Of a DNA stretch of 64,000 bases, positions 38,601 to 47,856 are shown piece after piece. Under the pieces are notes generated by a model. It made no database searches. It was not told where the DNA came from and was given only the letters and a program-made list of their open reading frames with translations. Every line of letters begins with the position of its first letter. Positions within the stretch are counted from its first letter, which is position 1. The position numbers and the translations under genes were made by a program. The DNA comes from Patescibacteria group bacterium. Lineage in GTDB: Bacteria > Patescibacteriota > Patescibacteriia > JAXHNJ01. The DNA lies in NCBI GenBank assembly GCA_034520665.1, contig JAXHNJ010000001.1, positions 322,579-386,578 of the forward strand, given 5' to 3'.

Positions 38601-40097
38601 ATGTCATTTTTTCTAAAAGCTAAAAGATTTGATTTTTCTACTGGAGATGTCCCGGTGGCAGTTTTGAATGAAGAAGACGCCAAGTCTTTTGGTATTAGGC
38701 CAGGGGATAGGATTGAATTAAAATGGAAAAATAAAACAGCTATATTAAATGTTGACACCACTCAGAAAATGGTGAAAAGTGGTGTTATTGGTTTGTTTGA
38801 AGAAGCTGTCCATTTGACAAAAATAAGAAATGGTCAAGTAGTCTATTTTGAAATATTTGATCCGCCTACTTCGATAAAAGCCATTAAAAAAAAGCTTAAA
38901 GGCCAGTCTTTAAGTTATCATGAAACTTATAGTATTATTCGTGATTTAATAAAAGGTCGCATTAGTGACCAAGAATTAGCTTTTTATGTAGCCTCAAGTT
39001 TTACTCATGAAATGAAGAACCAGGAACTCTATAATTTAACCAAAGCCATGGTGGATACGGGCAAACAGCTTAATTTTAAGGGCCGTCTAGTGGCTGATAA
39101 GCACTGTGTTGGTGGTCTCCCCGGCAATCGCACGACCATGATTATTGTGCCTATTTTAGCTTCGTTAGACGTAGATATTCCCAAAACTTCTTCACGGGCT
39201 ATTACTTCACCAGCTGGTACAGCCGATACTATGGAAATATTAGCGCCGGTTGAATTTAACTTAAAGCAAATTAAGAAGATAGTTAATAAATACAATGGCT
39301 GCATTGTTTGGGGCGGCGCTACTTTTATTGCTCCGGCCGATGATATTATTGTTAGATTAACTAAAAAGATATCCTTAGAGCCATTATCCAAAATGATAGT
39401 TTCCGTTATGGCTAAAAAAGTAGCCATGGGCATTGACTATCTTTTGATTGACATTCCTTACGGACGAACCGCAAAAATAAAAAGTTTAAAACAAGCCAAA
39501 AAAGTGGCCCGTAAATTTAAATGGCTCGGTCGGAAATTTGGTATTAAGATAGTTTTTACTATTTTATCGGCTAAAGAGCCAATTGGTAACGGTATTGGCC
39601 CGGCTTTAGAAGCTAGAGATGTTATCAGGGTCTTGCAAAGAAAGGATAAAAGACCTCTTGATTTAGAAAATAAAGCTCTTCATCTCTCTGGTAAACTTTT
39701 GGAGCTATGCGGACGGGCCAAGAAAAATAAAGGGGAAACTTTAGCCAAAAACGCCCTTAAAACCGGCCGCGCTTGGCGAAAAATGAAGGAAATTATTAAG
39801 GCTCAAGGTGGTAATCCTAATATTGATTCAGAAGATATTACAGTTGGCGCTTCCAGAGCCCGTATATTTGCTAAAAAGGCCGGTAAAATCACTTTTGTTA
39901 ATAACCGGGCTATTGATGAAGTAGCTCGTTCTCTAGGGGCCCCTCATGATAAATTAGCAGGAATTCGTCTTCATAAGAAATTAAATCAAAAAGTAGAAAA
40001 GAAGGATAAGTTAATGACTCTTTATGGCCGTAATAAAGCCAGATTGACTTTAGGTAAAAAAGCTCTGAAACGAGTAGATATTTTTAGCATTAAATAA
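38601..40097 (+). CDS. AMP phosphorylase (thymidine phosphorylase family)
   Basis: DKHCVGGLPGNRTT, KTSSRAITSPAGTAD, extra N-terminal domain. Confidence 0.92.
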   Translation: MSFFLKAKRFDFSTGDVPVAVLNEEDAKSFGIRPGDRIELKWKNKTAILNVDTTQKMVKSGVIGLFEEAVHLTKIRNGQVVYFEIFDPPTSIKAIKKKLKGQSLSYHETYSIIRDLIKGRISDQELAFYVASSFTHEMKNQELYNLTKAMVDTGKQLNFKGRLVADKHCVGGLPGNRTTMIIVPILASLDVDIPKTSSRAITSPAGTADTMEILAPVEFNLKQIKKIVNKYNGCIVWGGATFIAPADDIIVRLTKKISLEPLSKMIVSVMAKKVAMGIDYLLIDIPYGRTAKIKSLKQAKKVARKFKWLGRKFGIKIVFTILSAKEPIGNGIGPALEARDVIRVLQRKDKRPLDLENKALHLSGKLLELCGRAKKNKGETLAKNALKTGRAWRKMKEIIKAQGGNPNIDSEDITVGASRARIFAKKAGKITFVNNRAIDEVARSLGAPHDKLAGIRLHKKLNQKVEKKDKLMTLYGRNKARLTLGKKALKRVDIFSIK

Positions 40098-40101
40098 CTT
40101 T

Positions 40102-41601
40102 ATGCCTTTTATATCTGATTATAAAAAATACAGAATTTTAGAAATTATCCCGGGTTTTCTTGTCTGGGGTACATTTATTTTAGCAGTAGTTTTATCATTT
40201 ATAGCTCCTCTTTATGTTATCTATTTTATTATACTTTTCGATCTTTATTGGCTGATTCGCGTTATTTATATTTTAGTCTATTTACTGATGGCCTATAAGC
40301 GTTTTTGTCAGGCCAAGAAAGTAAATTGGATAAAAAAATGCCAAAAATTAAAAGGTTGGCAAGATGTTATTCATCTGGTTTTTATTCCTACTTATAAAGA
40401 TGATATTAATGTTATTCGTACTACTTTAAAATACTTAGCCCGTGTTTCCTTTCCTTTGGATAAATTTTATATTATTTTAGCTTGTGAAGAAAATGAAGGC
40501 GAGAAGGCCTTGCCAAAGGCTAATAAATTAAAAGATGAATTTGGCGAGTTATTTAATAAATTTGTTATCACTTATCATCCAAAAAATGTTCCCGGGGAAA
40601 TGCCCGGTAAGGGCTCAAACATCGCTTATGCTGGGAAAGAAGTAAAAAAAATTATTGATCAAAAAAATATTAGTTATAAAAATATAATTGTTTCCTCTTT
40701 TGATGTGGATACCTGTGTTCACCGGCAATATTTTTCTTATTTAACCTATTCTTATTTAACCGATCCTAATCCGACAAGAAAAAGCTATCAGCCGATACCT
40801 TTGTTTAATAATAATATTTGGGATTCACCAGCTTTAACTCGTGTGGCTTCTAATTCTACTACTTTTTGGCTTTTGTCAGAAACTATCCGGCCTGACCGAT
40901 TATTTACTTTTTCCTCTCACAGTATGAGTTTTAAAGCCTTGGTTGATGTTGGTTTTTGGCAGTCGGATATTGTGACTGAAGACTCGCGTATATTTGTTCA
41001 AGGTTTAATTAGATATAATGGCCATTATAAGGTCAAACCAATGTATATTCCAATTTCCATGGATACGGTTTTGGGTCACAATTTTTGGGAGAGTATGAAA
41101 AATCTTTATAAGCAACAAAGACGTTGGGCCTATGGAGTAGAAAATTTTCCATTTATGTTTTGGAATTTTTGGGGTAATAAACAAATAAAATTAGGCTCTA
41201 AGATAAAATATATTTGGAATCAACTTGAGGGGGTTTATTCTTGGGCTACGGCTCCTATTCTTATTTTTGTTCTAGGACATTTACCAATCTGGGTAATTAA
41301 TAATTTTGAAAGACCTCAAATGTATACCATGGTGGCCCAAAATACTCCTTATATACTGCGTCTATTAATGACCAGTGCTATGATTGGTCTCTTTGTTTCG
41401 GCTATTATAAGTTTAGTTATTTTGCCGCCAAAACCAAAAAAGAAATCATCTTGGCGTTACCCTTTGATGTTATTGCAATGGATTCTTTTTCCTTTTTCTA
41501 TGATTATTTTTGGCAGTCTACCAGCCACTGATGCTCAAACACGTCTAATGTTGGGTAAGTATCTCGGTTTTCAAGCCACTAAAAAAGTGAGAAAGAATTA
41601 G
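40102..41601 (+). CDS. Glycosyltransferase family 2, processive type
   Basis: DVD, TED, QQRRW motifs, with TMs at both ends. Confidence 0.85.
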   Translation: MPFISDYKKYRILEIIPGFLVWGTFILAVVLSFIAPLYVIYFIILFDLYWLIRVIYILVYLLMAYKRFCQAKKVNWIKKCQKLKGWQDVIHLVFIPTYKDDINVIRTTLKYLARVSFPLDKFYIILACEENEGEKALPKANKLKDEFGELFNKFVITYHPKNVPGEMPGKGSNIAYAGKEVKKIIDQKNISYKNIIVSSFDVDTCVHRQYFSYLTYSYLTDPNPTRKSYQPIPLFNNNIWDSPALTRVASNSTTFWLLSETIRPDRLFTFSSHSMSFKALVDVGFWQSDIVTEDSRIFVQGLIRYNGHYKVKPMYIPISMDTVLGHNFWESMKNLYKQQRRWAYGVENFPFMFWNFWGNKQIKLGSKIKYIWNQLEGVYSWATAPILIFVLGHLPIWVINNFERPQMYTMVAQNTPYILRLLMTSAMIGLFVSAIISLVILPPKPKKKSSWRYPLMLLQWILFPFSMIIFGSLPATDAQTRLMLGKYLGFQATKKVRKN

Positions 41602-42554
41602 TTAAGGTATACCCCGTCAAATTCTTTTTGGCCGTTTATAAATTCAGAGGCAGTCAAAGCTTTTTTACCAGCTAGCTGAATTTTCTTTATTTCAAAAAGA
41701 TTAGTGTCGGTGGTGACTAAAATTTTGTTTTTTTTATAAAAGAGATAGCCTGGTTTTTTTGAGCTAGCTTGGCCAGTAGTTTGGCCTTCTTTTATTTTAA
41801 TTAAATTATTTTGGTAATAGGTAAAAGCACCAGGCCAGGGATTAAAGGCTCGAACTTTACTTTCAATTTTTTTTGCTGATTTTGACCAGTTAATACGTCC
41901 ATCTTCTTTTTTTAAAACCTTGGTATAAGTAGCTTGGCTCTCGTCTTGTTTTTTTAAATTAATATTATAGGAAAAATAGTCCGGTAAAGTGTTAACTAGA
42001 AGTTGGGCTCCTTCTTGGGCTAACTTATCATGAAGAGTAGATAAATTATCTTTTTTTTGAATATCTATTTCCAGCTGACTGACAACCGGTCCGGTGTCCA
42101 TATGTTCGTCCATTTTCATAATGGTGACTCCAGTTTTTTTATCTCCATTTAAAAGAGCATAATGAATGGGTGAGGCGCCACGGTATCTGGGCAACAGAGA
42201 AGCATGAAGATTTAAAGTGCCAAACATCGGTAAATCGATAATCTTTTTTGGCAGTATTTTACCAAAGGCTACCACTACAAAAAGAGCCGGCTTTATCTCT
42301 TTTAGCTCTTTAAGAAAGTCAGGACTATTTATTTTGGTGGGTTGTAATATTTTGAGGTTATGCTTTTGAGCTAATTTTTTGACCGGTGAAAATCTAAACT
42401 TTAAATGCCGACCCCTTGGTTTATCAGGCCGGGTGACACAGGCGATAACCTGATAATTATTTCTTATTAATGATTTTAGAGAGGGAACTGCAAATTCAGG
42501 AGTACCAAAAAATACAACTTTAAATTTTTCTTTCATTCTTTGTTTTTGAGACAT
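41598..42554 (-). CDS. fmt: Methionyl-tRNA formyltransferase
   Basis: FFGTPEFA, NLHASLLPRYRGASP, MDTGP, RAFNPWP. Confidence 0.96.
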   Translation of the reverse strand: MSQKQRMKEKFKVVFFGTPEFAVPSLKSLIRNNYQVIACVTRPDKPRGRHLKFRFSPVKKLAQKHNLKILQPTKINSPDFLKELKEIKPALFVVVAFGKILPKKIIDLPMFGTLNLHASLLPRYRGASPIHYALLNGDKKTGVTIMKMDEHMDTGPVVSQLEIDIQKKDNLSTLHDKLAQEGAQLLVNTLPDYFSYNINLKKQDESQATYTKVLKKEDGRINWSKSAKKIESKVRAFNPWPGAFTYYQNNLIKIKEGQTTGQASSKKPGYLFYKKNKILVTTDTNLFEIKKIQLAGKKALTASEFINGQKEFDGVYLN

Positions 42555-42999
42555 TTTTTTCTATTTTATCAATAAAAAGAATTCCGTTTAAATGATCCAC
42601 TTCATGCTGAATTACTCGGGCCAATAAACCCTTAGCTTTAAATTTTATAGATTTATTTTTTAAATTCTTAGCTTTCACTATTATACTTTTATGTCTTTTA
42701 ACCGGGCCGAACACTCCTGGAATAGAAAGACAGCCTTCTTCAGCCATGTTTTTTAGCCAGGATTTTTTTGTAATTTTAGGGTTTATTAGTATAAGATCAC
42801 CGTCTTTATTCTTCACACAAATTAACCTCTTAGATAGACCGACTTGAGGGGCCGCCAAACCAATACCATTCTCTTGATTCATAGTTTTAGTCATATTCTG
42901 GGCCAGTTTTTGTATATCTTTTTTTTGAGGATTTTTTATGGGTTCAGCTTTTTGGCGTAATATTTTATCACCCTTTAACCTAATATTTAGTTTTGTCAT
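42520..42999 (-). CDS. def: Peptide deformylase
   Basis: GIGLAAPQ, EGCLS, QHEVDHL. Confidence 0.97.
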   Translation of the reverse strand: MTKLNIRLKGDKILRQKAEPIKNPQKKDIQKLAQNMTKTMNQENGIGLAAPQVGLSKRLICVKNKDGDLILINPKITKKSWLKNMAEEGCLSIPGVFGPVKRHKSIIVKAKNLKNKSIKFKAKGLLARVIQHEVDHLNGILFIDKIEKNVSKTKNERKI

Positions 43000-43065
43000 G
43001 CTATTGGTAAGCTTATTTTTAAGTAAAAATTATTATAACATTTTTATAGATGTTAGACAATTCTC

Positions 43066-44946
43066 TTATAATAAATTCTCAGGATTGCGGTCGATAAGCC
43101 AATGGTCAGGAACTAATTTAATAATTGATTGTAATTTTTTATGCTTAATATTTTTTGGAAGTTTTAAAATTATATTGTAAAAATAACGATCAAACCTTTT
43201 TAGTCTAAAAGCCGGCAGAGGCGGGGAAAGACTGAGAGAAGAGAATTTATTTGATATTTTATGATGTATATCAAGAGCTTCTTTTTTAGCCTGATAAGGA
43301 CTTTGTGCCTGAGAGGAAAGCTTAATAAGCTGACTATAAGGCGGGTAGTTGAGCAATTTACGATTTTTTAATTCCTGGCGGAAAAAATTTTCATAACGGT
43401 TAGGAAAATATTTAAATGATGAATTTTTAGCTGAATAAGTTTGGATTATAAAATCGGCCTGATTGTATCTGGCCAAGCAGTTGAGATTAAAGAGTAATTG
43501 AAAAGTTTTTTCACTGGAGCGATAATCTGGTAAATTAAGAATTTGGTCAGCGTTTACAAGGACAATTAATCCAAATTTGTTTTTTATAAATCGACTTAAA
43601 GCTATAAAGGTAGAAATAACAATTTCAGATTTTTTTAAATATTGGGATGTTTCAGACTGACTGCTTATTTTTGTAATTTTAACTTTTGGAAAGAGATTAG
43701 ATATTTCTTCAAAGATTTTCTCCTGGCCTAGACCCAGACTGGATATTTCAGCCGATCCACAATTAGGGCATTTTAATATCATTTTTCTTTGAAAACCACA
43801 GCGGTGGCAGAGGAGATAATACCCGGAAGATTTTTTATGTTGGGTCAAAGGTATTTGGCAGTCCGGGCAATTAGCTGTATAGCCGCAGTCGCGGCAAACT
43901 GAAGTGCGGGAAAATCCTTTACGGTTGTTTAAAAGCAGAATTTTTTTCTTATCGTTTAGTTTATTTTCTATTTCATTTTTAAGGAAGATTGAGAGAAAGG
44001 ATTTTCCGCCTCTATTAGAACGAGTTAAATCAACTAGAGTTGATTTTGGCTTAGCCTTTTCTTTACTTTTATATAATTTGTAACGGCCTTTTTTAGCTTG
44101 AAAATAAGTGGTTATATTAGGACAAGCTGAGGTTAAGATTAGCCTGGTTTTATAAAGAGAAAATATCTTTTCGGCCACTATTTTATTATGGAAGCGAGGA
44201 TTTTGGTCATATTGTTTGTGATTTTTATTATCTTCCTCATCAATAACCACGGTCTTTAAATTTTTATAAGGAAGAAAAAAGGCCAGAGAAGTGCCCAGGA
44301 TAACTTTAATTTTGCCTTGGGCCACTTTTTCATAAATATGATAGAGCTGACTGTCAGAAAGTTGATGATTAATAATAGCTGTCTTTTTTCTCCAAGTTTT
44401 ATTTAAGTATTGATAAAAATTATAAATATCCGGAATTTGGGGAAAGACAATAAGCGTTTGGTTTTTATCTTCTTTTATTAAATTAAGATAAAGCTTATAT
44501 TTTTCTTCCATTTGCTTATATTCGAAAAGAGCTTTTTTATTTTTTATCGAGGAGGAAATATCAAGTTTGGTCTTTTTTATTTTTTTATATTTTATTTCCG
44601 CACCTTTTTTACTGGCCGGGCGAGGCCTTTTTAAAAGCGGGGGGATTATTTTTTTTATTATTAGTGAAAGAGAAACAAAATAATATTGAGAAATAAATTT
44701 TGCCAGTTTAATTTGGTTTTTATTAATAACTGGTTTATCAATAATAATATTTAAAATAGCCCTCACCTTTTTAAAGTTAGAAGTTTTTTTAAAATTAATA
44801 ACTATTCCTTTTATTTTTTGACGTCGGAAAGGTATTAAAACAACCTGCCCAATTTTTATTTTTTTAGATAATTTTTTGGGTACTTTATAATCAAAATAGT
44901 CGATAGATTTAGGTAATTTTCTTAAAGGAATAATTTGAGCGAACAT
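43066..44946 (-). CDS. priA: Primosomal protein N' (PriA), helicase motifs degenerate
   Basis: 3'BD (FDY.VP..G..V.IPF), YDQ.PRF, NRKGF plus four CxxC, LPDYRSSE, YPPY. Confidence 0.85.
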   Translation of the reverse strand: MFAQIIPLRKLPKSIDYFDYKVPKKLSKKIKIGQVVLIPFRRQKIKGIVINFKKTSNFKKVRAILNIIIDKPVINKNQIKLAKFISQYYFVSLSLIIKKIIPPLLKRPRPASKKGAEIKYKKIKKTKLDISSSIKNKKALFEYKQMEEKYKLYLNLIKEDKNQTLIVFPQIPDIYNFYQYLNKTWRKKTAIINHQLSDSQLYHIYEKVAQGKIKVILGTSLAFFLPYKNLKTVVIDEEDNKNHKQYDQNPRFHNKIVAEKIFSLYKTRLILTSACPNITTYFQAKKGRYKLYKSKEKAKPKSTLVDLTRSNRGGKSFLSIFLKNEIENKLNDKKKILLLNNRKGFSRTSVCRDCGYTANCPDCQIPLTQHKKSSGYYLLCHRCGFQRKMILKCPNCGSAEISSLGLGQEKIFEEISNLFPKVKITKISSQSETSQYLKKSEIVISTFIALSRFIKNKFGLIVLVNADQILNLPDYRSSEKTFQLLFNLNCLARYNQADFIIQTYSAKNSSFKYFPNRYENFFRQELKNRKLLNYPPYSQLIKLSSQAQSPYQAKKEALDIHHKISNKFSSLSLSPPLPAFRLKRFDRYFYNIILKLPKNIKHKKLQSIIKLVPDHWLIDRNPENLL

Positions 44947-44954
44947 ATTTTTGT

Positions 44955-45476
44955 TTATTGATGTCTGGTTACTGTAAAACGATAAATTTGATAATTATTC
45001 TCTTCCGGACTAAAACCGGCCTTTTGGCCGGCTACAGATAATTGCTCTTGCCTGGTCTTAATACCTGCTATATCTGGTAAAAGCAGTCCGACTTGACCTA
45101 ATTTATTTTTAACTATAATCCCATATTTTTGCGGATCAAGCTCTTTTTTTGACTTAACTAATTGGGGTGGATTTAGCACATCCACTTTTATTTTAAGATT
45201 ATCAAGCTCATCTTTTTTAAGAGCCGGAAAGCGAGGGTCAGAAAAAGCGGCCGCTCTGGCGTTATCAATAATTTCCTGAGCTAGATTATCTTTAGTCGGC
45301 AAAAAAGTGCCAATGCAGCCTCTTAAATGGCCGCTGTCTTTTTTATGCAGAGAGACAAAAACACCGGCTCTTTTTTGAGTCATTTCTTGAGGTAGTTTTT
45401 TGACTTCAACTTTCAAGGTTTGGCCGGCTAAATGTGATTTTATACTTTTTTTAGCTAGTTTAATATACTGGTCCAT
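44955..45476 (-). CDS. amrA: AmmeMemoRadiSam system protein A (AMMECR1)
   Basis: GVFVSL, LRGCIGT, DPRF, LLLP. Confidence 0.92.
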   Translation of the reverse strand: MDQYIKLAKKSIKSHLAGQTLKVEVKKLPQEMTQKRAGVFVSLHKKDSGHLRGCIGTFLPTKDNLAQEIIDNARAAAFSDPRFPALKKDELDNLKIKVDVLNPPQLVKSKKELDPQKYGIIVKNKLGQVGLLLPDIAGIKTRQEQLSVAGQKAGFSPEENNYQIYRFTVTRHQ

Positions 45477-45573
45477 AACTGAATTTTATCATCTTTATCC
45501 TTTTAAATAAAGGATTTTATTTAATAAAAAAACTCCAGTTTATTATAATAAGGAGTCTTTTTTATAGAATAAT

Positions 45574-46257
45574 TTAAGCGTGTTTTTTTAGAAATTTCTT
45601 AGAGTAAGTGTATTGTTGGTTTACCAGTTTTTTAAGAAAAGATAGACTTGGCACTTGGCTAATTTTATCAAGCAGAGTATTAAAGGCTGGATAAGAAACC
45701 CAAATACCTAAAGCAAACAATCCTCTTTCAATAGCCACGATGGGGATTAAGCTAATCCAGACAGCTGAGGGTAGATTAAAGGCGTAGAGAAAAATAACTG
45801 AACCAATAGCATGAGCGGTAAAGGTAGCGCCCAAGGCATTAGCTAAGAGTCTTTGTTTTTTAAATATGGACACGACAGGGATAAGCCAATAAAGGGCGTA
45901 AAACCAGGCTCCGCGACCTTGCGGATGAACTATAAAAAGAATCATACAAATTAAAGGTATGAGCGCATTTTTTTTGGTTTTAGTTCCTAAATAAACAGCG
46001 GCCATAATCATCGGTAAAAACCTTAAAAGAGAAAGCCAGGTGAGATTTTGGCCACCGATTAAAATATTATAAAATTTTACCACAAAAACACTAATAGCCC
46101 CGTAAAGCGGTCCTAAGAAAAGACCGGTGGTCGGCCCCATATAATCAAAAAGAGTAAAGCTTTGCTTAGAGCCGATAATATTGGCCAGGGGGATTTGCAG
46201 AGCTATTAGGCCAAGTATAATAAAGCCAATTAAAAAGTAAATATTTTTTTTAGGCAT
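45574..46257 (-). CDS. Membrane protein resembling an ECF transporter S-component
   Basis: About 6 TMs, GLFLGPLYG motif, size near 200 aa. Confidence 0.5.
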   Translation of the reverse strand: MPKKNIYFLIGFIILGLIALQIPLANIIGSKQSFTLFDYMGPTTGLFLGPLYGAISVFVVKFYNILIGGQNLTWLSLLRFLPMIMAAVYLGTKTKKNALIPLICMILFIVHPQGRGAWFYALYWLIPVVSIFKKQRLLANALGATFTAHAIGSVIFLYAFNLPSAVWISLIPIVAIERGLFALGIWVSYPAFNTLLDKISQVPSLSFLKKLVNQQYTYSKKFLKKHA

Positions 46258-46287
46258 ATGTTTTTCTTTTTTAATAATTACTTTATA

Positions 46288-47043
46288 TTATTTTACATGA
46301 TAATGACGAAAAAGGCAAGAGCTAGGTTTTATAAGGAGTTCTTTAGAAAGTTTAGAAGCTTTTAGATTACTTTTTTTAATTTTAAAGTTTTTAATAATAA
46401 CAAAGGGTATTTTTTGGTTTCTTTCTCCCATTAGGCCATTAGCAGCGGCCGCTAAGTCATCAGCAATATTATGATAAGTTATTTCCATTTTATTTTTAAA
46501 AAGGTCATGTTTACCTTTTTCGTTAATAGTACCCTTAAATCCTGATATAGCTATAGCCAGTCCAGTAGTGCCCTGTCTGAGAGGAGAACAGTGTGAATCA
46601 ACCATAATCAGGCCGATTTTAGGCTTATAGTGGCTCTCAAAGGCTTTTCTAAGTTTATCAAGGTATAGATGTCGGCTAGAAGGCCAAAGAGCCGCTAGGC
46701 CTTTTTTTACGTTTGAATGATCAAGGCCGGCATTAGCTAAAACCAAACCGTCTTTAAGGGTTAAAAGGGCTTTTTTTACCCCGCCAATTATTTTATCAGA
46801 TTCATCTATAACTAACTGACAAAATTCTGGTGATAGCTCATATTTTTTAGCCAGGATTTTAGCTTTTTTTGTCGCTTTAATTTTTTTTAGTTCAACCAGG
46901 TTTTCTTGTTCATAGGAAACAATTTTTGAAGCCAGAGCTATGATATCTCCGTTTTTAATTTTATATTTGTTATGTTTTAAAAAAAGATCAAAAACTTTTT
47001 CTCCTGGCTTGAGTATTTTAGTTTTTATAGGAATTAATTTCAT
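46288..47043 (-). CDS. CofE-like (F420-0:gamma-glutamyl ligase family) protein
   Basis: SKIVS, ANAGLDHSN, DS...PLR.G, D.LAAAA..LMGE....P. Confidence 0.85.
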   Translation of the reverse strand: MKLIPIKTKILKPGEKVFDLFLKHNKYKIKNGDIIALASKIVSYEQENLVELKKIKATKKAKILAKKYELSPEFCQLVIDESDKIIGGVKKALLTLKDGLVLANAGLDHSNVKKGLAALWPSSRHLYLDKLRKAFESHYKPKIGLIMVDSHCSPLRQGTTGLAIAISGFKGTINEKGKHDLFKNKMEITYHNIADDLAAAANGLMGERNQKIPFVIIKNFKIKKSNLKASKLSKELLIKPSSCLFRHYHVK

Positions 47044-47045
47044 TT

Positions 47046-47837
47046 TTACTGCAGGGGAAAATTAGCCACTAAATAGCCGACGCCAAAAGGCCCTTCATAA
47101 GAAAGAATATCAACATTGTATTTTTTACGATTTAAAACTCCCAGCAATATTATTATAGAACGCAAGCCACATTCTCCGGCTTCTTCAATTAGTACTGGAT
47201 CCATTTTTATTATTTTGTCGGTTTCTTTTTTTTGCAAATGTTCAATTAATTTTTTATCAAATTCCTTGCCTCGAGGTGAATAGCCAGCTGGAGCGCTTTC
47301 CGTTAATCGGTGCGAGAGGTCACCCGAAGCAATAACGGCTATACGCTCATTGGTATGATGGATTTCGTCAGAAATAATCTTACCAAAATCATATTGAGTT
47401 TTTAAATCCATCAAAGAAAAACTAATAGGAGTGATCGGTAAATTTTCATAATGAGGGGTGAGGTAGTAAAGGGGCAGCCCGCTGCCATGATCCAGGTTAT
47501 TTTTATTAATTAAAACTGAAGGAAAACGATGGTCTTCCAGACGTTCCTTGAGGCGGTGAGCAAAAGAAATATTAGATTTAAAGGACAAACGAGTCGAGAA
47601 ATCACCAAATTCTTTAAAATTAACTTCAAATTTTTCTGCTAGATTGATGGCAAAGGCATCAGGGATTAAATCTTGATGTGGGGAAATTATTACAACAGAA
47701 TCTACTTTTCGGGCGTAAAAAATCTGTTCCAGCTCTTTCATGGCTTTTTGAGTTTTTTTAACCTGTTTTATGTTTTCTTTACCAATTTCTGGAATAAGTA
47801 AAGGTGGATGCGGACAAATAGATGAAAAAACTAGCAT
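47046..47837 (-). CDS. amrB: AmmeMemoRadiSam system protein B (MEMO/LigB-like)
   Basis: PHPPLLIP, SPH, LDHG, SGDLSH, ECG, YEGPFGVGY. ATG at 47837. Confidence 0.88.
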   Translation of the reverse strand: MLVFSSICPHPPLLIPEIGKENIKQVKKTQKAMKELEQIFYARKVDSVVIISPHQDLIPDAFAINLAEKFEVNFKEFGDFSTRLSFKSNISFAHRLKERLEDHRFPSVLINKNNLDHGSGLPLYYLTPHYENLPITPISFSLMDLKTQYDFGKIISDEIHHTNERIAVIASGDLSHRLTESAPAGYSPRGKEFDKKLIEHLQKKETDKIIKMDPVLIEEAGECGLRSIIILLGVLNRKKYNVDILSYEGPFGVGYLVANFPLQ

Positions 47838-47856
47838 ATTTTTTTCTTTAAAATTG

